Assembly: GCA_047495785.1 (NCBI GenBank)
Contig: JBLDXI010000007.1
Coordinates: 2,170,001-2,234,000 of the forward strand
Direction: 5' to 3'
Origin: Lepidodermella squamata
Lineage: Eukaryota > Animalia > Gastrotricha
Length of the DNA: 64,000 nucleotides
This document shows positions 1 to 13,902 of the stretch, in pieces. The position numbers were made by a program, and so were the translations under genes. Below the pieces are notes generated by a model, which saw only the letters and a program-made list of their open reading frames with translations, was not told where the DNA came from and ran no database searches. Numbering within the stretch: the stretch's first letter is position 1; each line of letters opens with the position of its first letter.

Positions 1-193
1 ACACATAGGGGCGGCCTAATTACCGCGCGGCACGTACAGAAGCTACCTGTCATGACCACTGGCGCGTAATGCCGTTTCGGGCTATTAACGCATTATCATC
101 AACGTTTTTTTACAGAGTCATCGCCGCATATTATTAGGTTTATTCCTATCGGGCGGGCAGACAATAAATACAGGTGCAAAAGCGGCTGAGCAT

Positions 194-942
194 CTAAATA
201 TAGGTCATAACAATGGCGTCGATGACAGGCGGCGAATCTGAGATGCCCACGCTGCCGGGCCGGGCCGTTCCTCTGTGCGAAAACCATAAACACGCGCCAC
301 TGTTTACCCGGAACCGACTTGCCCATATAAGGCGCGTTCCCTCAAAAACCACTCGACGTGTGTAACCGTTGTCGCGCTATACCGCTAATTATTGAGTACA
401 CAGTACACACACATACTATACGTTATACACCGGTTGTATAAACCGGGCTGTACCGAGAAATTCCGGGTTTTAACCGGCCAGGCCCGCCGCGAGCGCGAAC
501 AACGTAATAATGCGCACTTCGGAGTCCGTTTATAGAGCCCTGTCGGCATGCACACGCACACACATGGCTGCTGAAAAGGCAGGCCTATCAGCAGCCCCAT
601 CGACGCACAATATCAAGTATCATCGCCCGCGCGCCGTTGTTTTGACCGCGCACTGGAGCTAACAGACTGCCTGACTGACTGCTGGCAGTGATGCATTGTA
701 TGCTATGTAGATTTTAGCGAAACAACATCACCGGGCTTACATCGTTGAAGCGGCCAATAGATGATTGCTGCTGCTGCTGCCTGCCTAAACAACAATGGCA
801 GGCAGCAGTTTTTGGGCCGCCTGTTTTTGCCCGTGCGTCATCCTACCTACTGCAAAAATGGTGCCCGTCGGCACATGGCGATGATGTGTATATCTAGCCG
901 GCAGCGTGTATATAAGTAGCCGTTTCTTATTGCCTTATAAGG
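194..942 (+). promoter_or_regulatory. Actin upstream region with MEF2-consensus site (194-203) and two CArG boxes (323-332, 933-942)
   Basis: CTAAATATAG fits CTA(A/T)4TAG; CCATATAAGG and CCTTATAAGG fit CC(A/T)6GG. A pyrimidine tract plus CAG ending at 1232 suggests a 5'UTR intron or trans-splice acceptor. Function is inferred from motif matches only. Confidence 0.55.
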
Positions 943-1290
943 GCGGAGCAGCTTTCGGCTTTGTTATACAAGAAGTTCGCGTACAGGTACCTGGAGCATG
1001 CATATACAACGGCGCAAAAAGAGAGCGAAAGTCATCGCGTTTCTGCGCTCGCTCGTTCTTTTGTGTATATCCGCCGCGTGTTTAACAAAGGATAGTAGCC
1101 GCGCCACGTAACATCATACAGGTATCTATCGCCGTGCTGCTGCTGCTTCGTTTTGAATAATCATCATTTGTCTACATCTCAAGCCGAAAGCCGAGCAGGC
1201 AGCCGCTGCGGGTCATTGTACGTTTTTTCCAGCTGTAAAGTAACAAGCAGTTTCTCCTGCATTAACTCGCCTTTGCGCTTTGCTGTATAA

Positions 1291-3115
<1,825 letters not shown>

Positions 3116-4237
3116 ACGCCGCGCGTCTACCTAAGTAGCCGCCGTCGAAACAATGCGCAGCTTCATACCTGTTTCAAAACCCCTATAAACTGAATCTCTA
3201 CTCAGAATCAATATTCAAACTTATTGTTTTATCGATTCAATGTTATTACTGTAAGTTGTACGATGATGATTTCAAGATTAACACAACACGCTACTGCCAA
3301 AGATTCATGTGTACAAAGTCTGGACTCGAATAGAAGGGTTGCAATACACTTTTCTATTCCAGTTCACATTTATATCTCGGAACAATCAATAACGTGCTAA
3401 TCATTTCGACAAGTGGCGCCCGGTTTCGGGCAACGCTGTGGAAAACTGCTGATTCAATGGTGCTATTGTGTATATAAAATTTCTGTACGTTCGATCGTAG
3501 TCCTACAAATGCAATAGGTTCAAATCATATGAAACCGTTCGGCAAGAACCGCGAACCTTGGTTATTTTTGTCCTGAAATAAAAAACTGATACCTTACTAA
3601 GCGAGTTGACTTTTGTAACAAAAACACAGGCAGTCAATTTCAGTTGTTCGATACTTTTGATTCAATTGAAAATCTCAAGTTTACACTATATAGCCGACTT
3701 CAGGTCAGAAAACAGAAAGAAACTTCTTAAGATAATCGGCAAAAATGATGAGCCTGCGTGAGGATCAGCCTGTTGTACACATGAACCAAGGCTTGAGGCC
3801 TTGCAGGGCTGGGAATCGAACCTAAAAACTCTGTCAAGCCAGTCACAAGCTTCACAACCAATCGCCACGAGCCTGTTCATATTCGGCGCTATTGAAAAGT
3901 TGGTTTTGAAGAGCACGCGATTCATTATTTATAAGCGACTCCAAAGCAGCGTATTTAGCTAGAACCAGTGGCTAAATTGGACATGCTGTTGAAAAAAATC
4001 GATGGTTCAGCTCCCATCAAAACGATGCATTTCTTTCTCGAACAGATTGGTCAGAGGTTATGCTAGGTGAATGGTGATTTATAAATGACTGTCGTAACAC
4101 CTTCGAAGAGGTCATTTGTTCGCTGGCTAAAAGTGACAAGTGAGAAATAAAATTCAAATATTTGGCGTAATTTTTCGGGATTCTTATTTCATTTATTACT
4201 ACCGTTATTTATTGGTGCTTATTTTGCGATGATAAAG

Positions 4238-4455
4238 GGATATATCTCTAGGTATATCGCTCCTTCCGCGCCAGAACAGTGCGCCGGAAATAGAAACAAA
4301 TGGTGTAATGCATTTGATGCGCAGAAAAAACTGGCGTTAACTTTTTTCTAGCGATCAGGCACGCGACTGACTTGGCGAAGATGCAAAAAGTCAGTTTTAC
4401 GCCATTTGTTTCTATTTCCGGCACACTGTTCTGGCGCGGAAGTCGCGATATATCC
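4238..4455. mobile_element. Small MITE-like hairpin element
   Basis: GGATATATC...CTTCCGCGCCAGAACAGTGCGCCGGAAATAGAAACAAATGG is mirrored at the right end (~60-bp imperfect inverted repeats). Confidence 0.6.
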
Positions 4456-4711
4456 ATTGAAATTCGGTAATATATCGGATTATGGCACTTTATCGAGAAA
4501 TGAGACGCAAAACTAGAAAAGAGGTCATATTGCTAAATGCTAAATGTCGGTGTTTTGTTGGAAAAACAGCAGCTGGCGCGTATTTATTTTATCGCACGAC
4601 TCCCCTTTTTGTTTTTCACGATTTATGTATAACATTATCGGCCTTTTTCTTCTAGTGTCTCGCGAATGAGGGCGCAGTGGCCAGTTCGAAAAAAGTTGAA
4701 TCACGCTTGAC

Positions 4712-4727
4712 GCTCGTGCCAGGAAGA
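4712..4727 (+). promoter_or_regulatory. Conserved upstream 16-mer GCTCGTGCCAGGAAGA of the pseudo-astacin genes
   Basis: Identical about 125-145 bp upstream of the ATG in copies A, B, D (29499-29514) and F and upstream of truncated E, although A/B and D/E/F upstream regions otherwise diverge. Confidence 0.45.
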
Positions 4728-4856
4728 GCGCGTGCCCTTTGCAATATCAAAACATATTTTGGTTTTGAGACCAAAAGCCTCAATAATTATACATCAATTC
4801 TCGAATTTCTCCAACCGGCTTAGAGTTATTTAACTGCGAGTATGAATAAGAATTTG

Positions 4857-7848
4857 ATGGCGCGATATTTTCGGCTCGTTTACACGTTTAGCCTGTTCCG
4901 CGTGCTGTGGGGTGCGTGGGGGGACGAGGTTACGGCAAATTTTGAATTCAATAATGCGGACCCGAATGTACCATCGATAAACATGACAATGTACAAGGGT
5001 ACTTTCGATGGCTTTTCACCGGGTCAGCCACCTGCAACACCGTGGCCCTTGCCTATCCCATATACATTCAACAATGGCACCTGGTATTATTATAGCCCCG
5101 GCTTTTTAGATGTCTGTATGTTAATCTTCGTTACCATTTCCGAAAAAATTAATGATGACCCCATCATTTTTTATTATCAGCCCCAGTTGACAGACAGGTT
5201 TACAAGCTGGCCATAGCGTATATTGAATCGGTTACTTGTTTGCGCTTTGTGGAACGATCATCCATCGGTTGGAATGAGCCTAACTCGATCTTCTTCATAG
5301 GAGGGCTTGGGTGAGTTTCGTTTTCTGAGCTGCGATTTCAAACACTCATCTGCCGTTTGTATTACGCTTATAGAGACACAAGCGGCTATCATTCAACGAC
5401 TTATCCTTTGAGGGTTATCTCAATCAATAACCACGTCGACTGGGACGATTATTATTACGCGGTGAGTTTCAGTCTTCTTCCGTCGTATTATTAGAGCGAA
5501 ATCATTCGGATTAGGTGCCTAGCGCGATTAGAAAGATTGGCTACGCCCTTGGACTTACATATGAGTACAGACGGCCCGATCGGGATCAATATGTCGTTCC
5601 TTTCCCAGGCTATGAGAACAGGTTAAAAATCTCAAATTTATTACAAAAACAAAGGAATTTTCTGTTCTATCAGTTTCCCCATCAACCCGGCGCAAACTTA
5701 CTACAATGCAACGCCGTTCGACTATGAGTCACTGTTCAATCCGGCGATGATAGGACGAGGCCAGCTATTGCTTCCGGACAGGTACCCGATCGATCGGCGT
5801 TATGTTGCATCTGTTGGCCAGTCTGCATGGATGTCGTTGCTCGACACGATTAAGCTGAACACACTGTACAAGTGCTTTGGTGAGTAAATTAAATGTCAAA
5901 TCGTTGGGACGCAAATCAAACATTTCCTTAAATATAAATCGAGCCTATAATGGTTGTAGCGCAATACATTAAAATGCAATTATTCGTGATTTATTTCGCA
6001 GATCCGGCTCCGTGCAAAAACCCGGCAATTTCATGCAAAAATGGGGGCTATCCTAATCCGAGTGTCAACTGCACAAAATGCGTGTGTCCGGCTGGCCTCA
6101 GCGGTGATTTTTGCGACATTCCATATCCGACGGATCCGGCGAACGGTTGTTCCGGCGAAATCTACGTCCCGCCTTGTACTAAAGTTGATATTGCTAGCCC
6201 TAGCAATCGAAATTCGAGCTGTTCATGGATTGTTAAAACAGTAGGAATGTTTTCCGTGTCAAACTTGCTACTATTTATTCCGCTAGGGTAATACAAGCGG
6301 ACTAGTGTTTGGTTTCCCCGAATGGCCATGGCTGGATTATTACAGTCAGTAATAGTTTTAACAACCTGGAAACTACATTCTCTCGCAAAATATTTTCAAG
6401 GTACTGTGGATTGTCTGAACTTTGTTCTCATTAGAGACCTTGGACCCGAGGGTTATCCCGGATTCAGGTAACTTTGGCTACGGCAGAGCAATTTGCGTTT
6501 ACTTGAGTTTTGGTATTGTAAAGGTTCTGCAGGATCAACGCCATTTTCGGTCGCGTTTTCGTGACAAACAAGAATCAAGCCTTACTGCTCTTCAACCTTC
6601 CTAAGCCAGGCCAGAGCGCCAAAGTCACAGTTTACGCAACGTGTCCAGGCGTGAAAGCGACCGAATTGAACCGTGAATGCGCAATCACCCAGAACTTGTT
6701 CGACTACGAAGGCTCTCTATCGAAAACCATTACGGGTGAAACATGCGCGCGCTGGAATAACACTAATTCCCTTCGTTACTTTTGGGTTCCGAGAGGCGAT
6801 TTTACTGGGGCTGGAAATGCTTGCAGAAGTTCAGCGTCCTCTGATTTGCATTGCGTGAATTCTAACGGCGGCTTTGTCCAATGCCAAGGCGCTGACAAAG
6901 TCAAAAGCTGCAGTAAGTTGAGGGCATGATTTATTTCATCAATTCATCAAGCTTTTTCTTAATGACCTTGATTTGATTTAATTTGATTTCTTCAATAAAT
7001 CACCGGTCACTTCTAATCAAATCACCAACAATGGAAAAATGGCTTAAATCACAATCATCAAATCAAATTCTCTGATTTTTCTATCACTGTAAAAGACGAG
7101 GAAACCTCCAACCTTTTTCCAAGTTACCCTCAAATTGAACGTTTTGCCCAAACGCTAACGACCAGTCGAAAATTTCGCTTTTGTTAATTCGATGATAGCG
7201 AAATTGGCTGTCCGTTGCATCAATGCTAAAACTGGACAATTCGAAGCCTGTAGGCCGTACTGCCCTGAGGGCGAAACTCCGTTCAAGGAATGGACCACTC
7301 GTTATACCGACACCTGTGAAAAAGGCGTGAGTTGATTTTCTTATTGCTTGTAAATCCTACCTAAAATTTCATGTTGCAGAACGTAAGAAAATGCGTCAGC
7401 GGCTCAACTTTCCGATGCATTGCTGGCGACCAAGGCTGCCTGGCAAATGAGACAAAAATCGTAAGGAATTACAATCTAAAATATAATTTTAACGCGTTGC
7501 TAAACTCTTTTAGTCGCCACTGTTCAATACTTTCGCGTATTTTGGTCGCAATCTCCTCGCTTGCAACCATCGAGCCGATCTCAATTGGGTACGTCTCGTT
7601 CTAAATTTCGGAAATGCCTCATTGTTAGAGTCTCGTGCTCGCAGAAATATGTTCGCTGTTATCGGAATGCTCCGAACAAGCCGTTTGCCGACTGTCGACG
7701 TGCCGATATCGGCTGCCGTGCACCATCCGAGGTTATTTTTTCGCCGGTGAAGGCTTGAGACTAAGACTAAAGAATTTCTCTTTTTCAGGTTTCCGATGGC
7801 AAGTCGCCACCGTACTCGGATCCCTACCAATGCTATCAAGGAGTTTAG
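4857..7848 (+). CDS. Copy A: secreted catalytically inactive astacin-like/EGF/CUB/kringle protein, 657 aa, 14 exons
   Basis: Exons 4857-5115, 5181-5310, 5374-5461, 5515-5621, 5674-5879, 6002-6240, 6287-6344, 6401-6467, 6524-6912, 7199-7326, 7380-7460, 7514-7588, 7645-7731, 7789-7848 (1974 nt, all phases consistent). Astacin landmarks WPLPIPY, AIAYIESVTCLRFVER, RKIGYALGLTYEYRRPDRDQYV, FDYESLF, LNTLYKC; EGF CKNGGYPNPSVNCTKCVCPAGLSGDFC; CUB CSGEI...CSWIV...DCLNFV...FRFC; kringle ECAITQNLFDYEGSLSKTITGETCARW...NACR. Confidence 0.88.
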
Positions 7849-8417
7849 CTGAAAAGCACGATGTTGCGCTTAATTCTACGGAGCGGACTTATTCTCAGCC
7901 TAATCAACTACATACTGATAAATCATTAGAAAATTGCGACATGATTTATTTGACCATCCATACACTATTTTGAATTAAAGCCAATCTACTGTTGAGAAAT
8001 CAGCATGCCACGTTGGTGGACTTGAAGCGAATATAGGAATTATATTGATGCATGTTATTTTTCTTTGTGGAATCAAACCATAGATAAATAAATATCTTGT
8101 AGTTGTAGTTCGTCAAGCTAGCTGCTAATATTTTTGTTGTCAACACACTTTCGAAGACAGCAGTCGGTCATCATAATGAGTGTTAAATGGGCTAGAATGA
8201 GGCGTGAATAACGCACTGACTGCAGTGGTTTCAAATCATCCATATCACTCAAATCGCGAGCCGTCGCTGCACAAATTTGAAAACCTCCCAACGCTGCCCT
8301 AAATCTGCACAAAGATCGCGAGAAACGTCAGGAGATAAGCACGTTCATCGGTCAAGAAATTTCAGCTGGAGTTCGCCAGGCGTAGCCTAAAATCGGCGAT
8401 CGGCGGTTATTTAGTCA

Positions 8418-8769
8418 GTTTTTTTTATTTACCGCGGGGCCGTGGCCCGGGTTTTCGGAGGCGCTTCTGATGGTGGGGCACTTCCTCCTAGACAGATGCC
8501 TGCTGTCCCCCATTGCTCGCCGCTGGTTTTGGGGCGGGGCGGGGGAAGTGATGATGGGTCACTGCACACGTGTAACCTACGCCCGCCCCATCGCGAGCCT
8601 CAAGCAAGTGTTTCAACTTGTACTCGAATACCGTAATTTTGTTTAATCCAGCGACTTCGGTCGGCCGCTGTCGTGATGACAAATTCTTGTGCAGACGCGG
8701 GCGTTGAACCCGTGCCTCACTAGAACCACACTAGCATACCCTATGCTAGTCGCCTAATTTATTTATTTA
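8418..8769 (-). mobile_element. tRNA-derived SINE with 12-bp TSD
   Basis: Direct repeats GTTATTTAGTCA at 8406-8417 and 8770-8781. T-run at the left end is the A-tail on the minus strand; the minus-strand head has A-box-like TAGCATAGGG and B-box GGTTCAACGCC. Confidence 0.65.
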
Positions 8770-9243
8770 GTTATTTAGTCACAATGTTCGGTCATCAACT
8801 CTAGGATTTTCGACATACTGGTCATATTCTCTTCGATTTAGAAAGTTTCGCGATCGAAATACCGCCTTGGCTTTGTCCCTTCAACAGTAGCCCTAGCGTA
8901 GACTTAGCGACTTGCCACGGTGTAGGTAAAACATGTCTTAGCCCAAGGTAAAGCCTATCGTAGGCCTATGACCCTAACGTAGCCCTAAAAATGCATGACT
9001 GACCAACCGAAGATGAATTTTTTCATCCCTGACCTCTTTGCGAGAGTTAAAAGCCCCGCATTTTAACTGCTGAAAATTGTGGAAGTGATTTTAATCTTAA
9101 TCTCATGAATATTGACAATGAACGCGACTTCAAGGGAGTCAGCTTGCTGGGACTAGAACTGAGCTATACAAAACAATAAACCGACCAGCGTCAAAAGCTT
9201 GGTCAAAAGCAATGAAAGTTTAAAAAGTTTAAAACGGAATTGA

Positions 9244-10172
9244 TAGAGGACCCCGCCCTAATTTCGGCCACTTCCTAAATTCGGCCGCTGCGTCCTAACT
9301 TCGGCCACCGGCCGAAATTTGGACACGAAGTGCTGTGCAGCAGTTTTATTTGCACGCAATTCAAGAACTTTGCATTGTTGGGCCCATCTATTTCATGATT
9401 TTCAAGCACGTGATCGCAAAAAATAATTCTAAATTCGAGCGAGCGGGCTTATGTCGCTTCTCGAGTGCTCAGTTACCGCTACTTTGCAGGTAACATTTTC
9501 CTGAAACTGGCTCTTTAAAATTTACTGCTTTCACCTCAATAATTACCAGCTAAACGCCAGCTTCATTTTGGTATAAAGTATTCTATCTAAAACCGCCAAG
9601 GTGAAGAGATCCAGAGGGCCAATTTTAGGGTTTTTGAGGGTTTGATTCCAAAAATTAGCAGTCAATAGGGGAATTGAATTCGGGAAAACAATATCAATAC
9701 TCTCATTCTACAGAAGGCAAGGCATTTTTAGATATTTTTCTAGAATTTTAGAAAGTCAACCGCAGTTGGGCTATTAGGTAGAAAACAAGTTATCAAACTT
9801 GTACCTGTCAAAACAAGTTTGAGTTTCAGGCATCACGTCGTCAAGGAAAAGCTCACAGGTGAAGCAACAAAGGCGGTTTTTATAGTCAGCTTTTTGAGAC
9901 AAATCTAACGATACCAAACTTATGGTATTAGTGTACCTGGATGAGGTGGCCGAAATTAGGGCACCCCGCTCCCTAATTTCGGCCGGGTGTCTGGGTGACT
10001 AAAAAATTAGCCATAAATCAAGGTAAAATCGTCCGGACTTGCGGAAAGCGGCATTCGATAGCCTAATAACGCCTCTTTAATTCTGCTTATGCCGAATATT
10101 TTCTGAAAATTTACCTGGCTGGCGAAGTCGGAAAAACCTGAAAAGCGGCCGAAATTAGGGCGGGGTCCTCTA
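9244..10172. mobile_element. Non-autonomous TIR element (MITE)
   Basis: Perfect 26-bp inverted ends TAGAGGACCCCGCCCTAATTTCGGCC including the TA; repeated internal AATTTCGGCC motifs. Confidence 0.8.
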
Positions 10173-10848
10173 ATGGATGTTTCAGACAAAAAACGTTTAT
10201 GAAATATCTCCATTTTATCAACTTGAAATCGGCAAAGACAAAGTGGGAAACTCGCGAGGAGAAAATCGCCAAACCTAGCAAGAAGTCTATCGATCAAATT
10301 TTGATAGTCCATAATTTCAGCAGCCCTTAAAAGGAAAAATTACGAAATTTGCCCCTTTAGATTAAGGTGGCTGGATCTATCGATTAGTCATTGTTTATAA
10401 CAAGATACAAGATTTTGGAGCCTTCTATCCCACTATAATACCAATCGATGGCCTGTTTTCAATTCGATCTTCTTTAAAGATTAGAAGAACTTAATCGCAC
10501 ACCTAGAAAAGAGGTCATATTGCTAAATGCTAAATGTCGGGGTTTTGTTGAAATAACATCATCTGGCGCGTATTTATTTTATCGCACATCGCACGACTCC
10601 CCTTTTTGTTTTTCATGATTTTAAAAAATTATCCGCCTTTTTTCTAGTGTCTCGCGAATGAGGGCGCAGTAGCCAGTTCGAAAAAAGTTGAATCACGCTT
10701 GACGCTCGTGCCAGGAAGAGCGCGTGCCCTTTGCAATATCAAAACATATTTTGGTTTTGAGACCAAAAGCCTCAATAGTTATACATCAGTTCTCGAATTT
10801 CTCCAACCGGCTTAGAGTTATTTAACTGCGAGTATGAATAAGAATTCG

Positions 10849-13800
10849 ATGGCGCGATATTTTCGGCTCGTTTACACGTTTAGCCTGTTCCGCGTGCTGT
10901 GGGGCCTGAATGGGCAAGAGACAGCAAAAATTTACTTATTCAATAATGCGGACCCGAACGTACCGCCGATAAACATAACAATGTTTCAGGATACTTTCGA
11001 TGGTTATTCACCGGGTCAGCCACCTGCAACACCGTGGCCCTTGCCTATCCCCTACACATTCAACAATGGAACCTGGTACACTTTTAGGCCCGGCGGCTTA
11101 AATGTTTGTAAGTTGATCCGTGTTATAATTCCTGGAAACTACAGATAGATTGTTTCATTAGCTCCGATTGAGAGACAGGTTTACAAGCAGGCCATAGCGT
11201 ATATTGAATCGGTTACTTGTTTGCGCTTTGTGGAACGATCATCCATCGGTCTGAACGAGCCTAACTCGATCCTCTTCATAGGAGGGTTTGGGTGAGTTTG
11301 GGTTCTATTCTTATCTTAAAAAGCTGCGATCCTCATCTCTGCCGTTCGTATTATACGATAGAGACACATATGGCTATCATTCAACTGATCTTCCTTTGAG
11401 GGTTGTCGCAAACTACAACAACGCTGGCTACAGGGATTTTGTTTACGCGGCAAGTTTCAGTCTTCATATTTCCCGCCGTATTATTCGAGCGATATCATTG
11501 TGATCAGGTGCCCAACGCAATTAGAAAGATTGGCTACGTCCTTGGCCTGACATATGAGTACAGACGGCCTGATCGGGATCAATACGTCGTTCCTCTGCGA
11601 GGCTACGAGAACAGGTTCAAATTCTCGAATTCTGGTTATCAAATAATAAGAAACAATTTTCTGTTTCCTCAGTTTCCCCATTAACCCGGCCCAAACTTAC
11701 TACAACGCAACGCCATTCGACTATGAGTCACTGTTCAATCCGGCGATGATAGGGCGATATGGGCTATTGCTTCCTGACAGGTACCCGATCGATCGGCGTT
11801 ATGTGGCCAGTGTTGGCCAGTCTGCCTGGATGTCATTGTTCGACACGATCAAGCTGAACACACTGTACAAGTGCTTTGGTGGGTGAATTAACTGTCAGAT
11901 CTTTGGGACTCGTATCAATAAGTAGCTCCTTCGATTAAAATCGAGCCTCTATAATAATCGCAGCGCAAATCTTTACTTTTAAAATGCATTTCTCCATGAA
12001 TTGTTTGCAGATTCGGCCCCCTGCAAAAGCCCGACAATCTCATGCAAAAATGGAGGCTATCCTAATCCGAGCGCCAACTGCTCGAAATGCGTGTGTCCGG
12101 CTGGCCTCAGTGGTGATTTTTGCGACATTCCATATCCGACGGATCCGGCGAACGGTTGTTCCGGCGAAATCTACGTCCCGCCTTGCACTAAAGTTGATAT
12201 TGCTAGCCCTAGCAATCGTAATTCGAGCTGTTCATGGATTGTTAAAACGGTAGAAATATTTTCCGTGTCAAATTTACTGCTACTTTTTGCCGCTAGGCTA
12301 ATACGAGCGGACTAGTGTTTGGTTTCCCGGAATGGCCAATGCTGGAGGGATACAGTAAGTGATTATACCAGTTTTACTTGAGACAACATTTACTTGCATA
12401 AAATTTTCTAGATTATTTGGATTGTCTGAACTTTATTCTCATTAGAGATCTAGGACCCGAGGGTTATCCCGGATTCAGGTAACGTTGGCTACGACAGAGC
12501 AATGGATTTGGGTTTACTTGAGTTTTGGTGTTGTGAAAATTAGGTTCTGCAGGATCAACGCAGTTTTGGGACGCGTTTTCGTGACGAACAAGAATCAAGC
12601 CTTACTGCTCTTCAACCTTCCTATGCCAGGCGAGAGCGCCACAGTCACAGTTTACGCAACGTGTCCAGGCGTGAAAGCGACCGAATTGAACCGTGAATGT
12701 GCAATCACCCAGAACTTGTTCGACTACGAAGGCTCTCTATCGAAAACCACTACGGGTGAAACATGCGCACGCTGGAATAGCACTGATTCACTTTATCACT
12801 ACTGGGTACCGAGAGGCGACTTCAATGCGGCTGGAAATGCATGCAGAAGTTCAGCGTCCACCGATTTGCATTGCTTGAATGCTAACGGCGGCTTTGTCCA
12901 ATGCCAAGGCGCTGACAAAGTCAAAAGCTGCAGTAAGTTGAGGGCTCCATTTATTTCTTCAAACGTTTTCTATCACTGCAAAAGACGGGTATAACTCTCC
13001 TCTAACTGTAATTCCAAGCTACCATCAAATTGAGAGTTTCGTGGAAATGCTATTGACCGATGGAATAGTTCACCAAGCGATTGAGCTATTCGCTTATTTA
13101 GAAGAAGTATGATAGAAATATTTCTAGAAGTTGGTCAAAATCGAAATGGAAGTCGTATTTTGTTTTTTGTTCATTCGTAAAATTAGGAAGAAATTCAAAT
13201 TTCTGAAAACCTACTTTAAATATTCGCTGAATCGATGTCGAACTATCTATTCGATTATAGCTAAATTGGCTGTCCGTTGCATCAATGCTAAAACTGGACA
13301 ATTCGAAGCCTGTAGGCCGTACTGCCCTGAGGGCGAAACTCCGTTCAAGGAATGGACCACTCGTTATACCGACACCTGTGACAAAGGCGTGAGTTAATTT
13401 TCTAATTGCTGATAGATCCTACATAGTTTTATGTTGCAGAACGTAAGAAAATGCGTCAGCGGCTCAACTTTCCGATGCATTGCTGGCGACCAAGGCTGCC
13501 TGGCAAATGAGACAAAAATCGTACGGAATTTTAATCCAAAATCAAGTTTTATCACGTTGCAAAACTCTTTTAGTCGCCACTGTTTAATACTTTCGCATAT
13601 TTTGGTCGCAATCTCCTCGCTTGCAACCATCGAGCTGATCTCAATTGGGTACGTCTCGTTCTAAATTTCGGAAATGCCTCATTGTTAGAGTCTCGTGCTC
13701 GCAGAAATATGTTCGCTGTTATCGGAATGCTCCGAACAAGCCGTTTGTCGACTGTCGACGTGCCGATTTCGGTTGCCGTGCACCATCCGAGGTTATTTTT

Positions 13801-13902
13801 TCGCCGGTGAAAGCTGGAGACTAAAACATTTCTCTTTTTCAGGTTTCCGATGGCAAGTCGCCCCCGTACTCTGATCCCTACCAATGCTATCAAGGTGTTT
13901 AG
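10849..13902 (+). CDS. Copy B: pseudo-astacin/EGF/CUB/kringle protein, 14 exons, apparently intact
   Basis: Colinear with copy A. Motif RKIGYVLGLTYEYRRPDRDQYV; intron 3 has a GC donor (GCG|gcaagt); ends CYQGV-TAG. Confidence 0.85.

Noticed and set aside
4842-4856. Upstream in-frame ATG (MNKN..) in copies A and B
   Set aside because: Absent in D and F; the conserved start is the MARYF/MSRYF ATG.
4857-7848. Active astacin metalloprotease or membrane receptor
   Set aside because: All zinc ligands, the catalytic Glu and the Met-turn are missing; no transmembrane segment before the stop.
8690-8755. tRNA gene
   Set aside because: A/B boxes are present but no convincing cloverleaf; TSD and A-tail indicate a SINE head.
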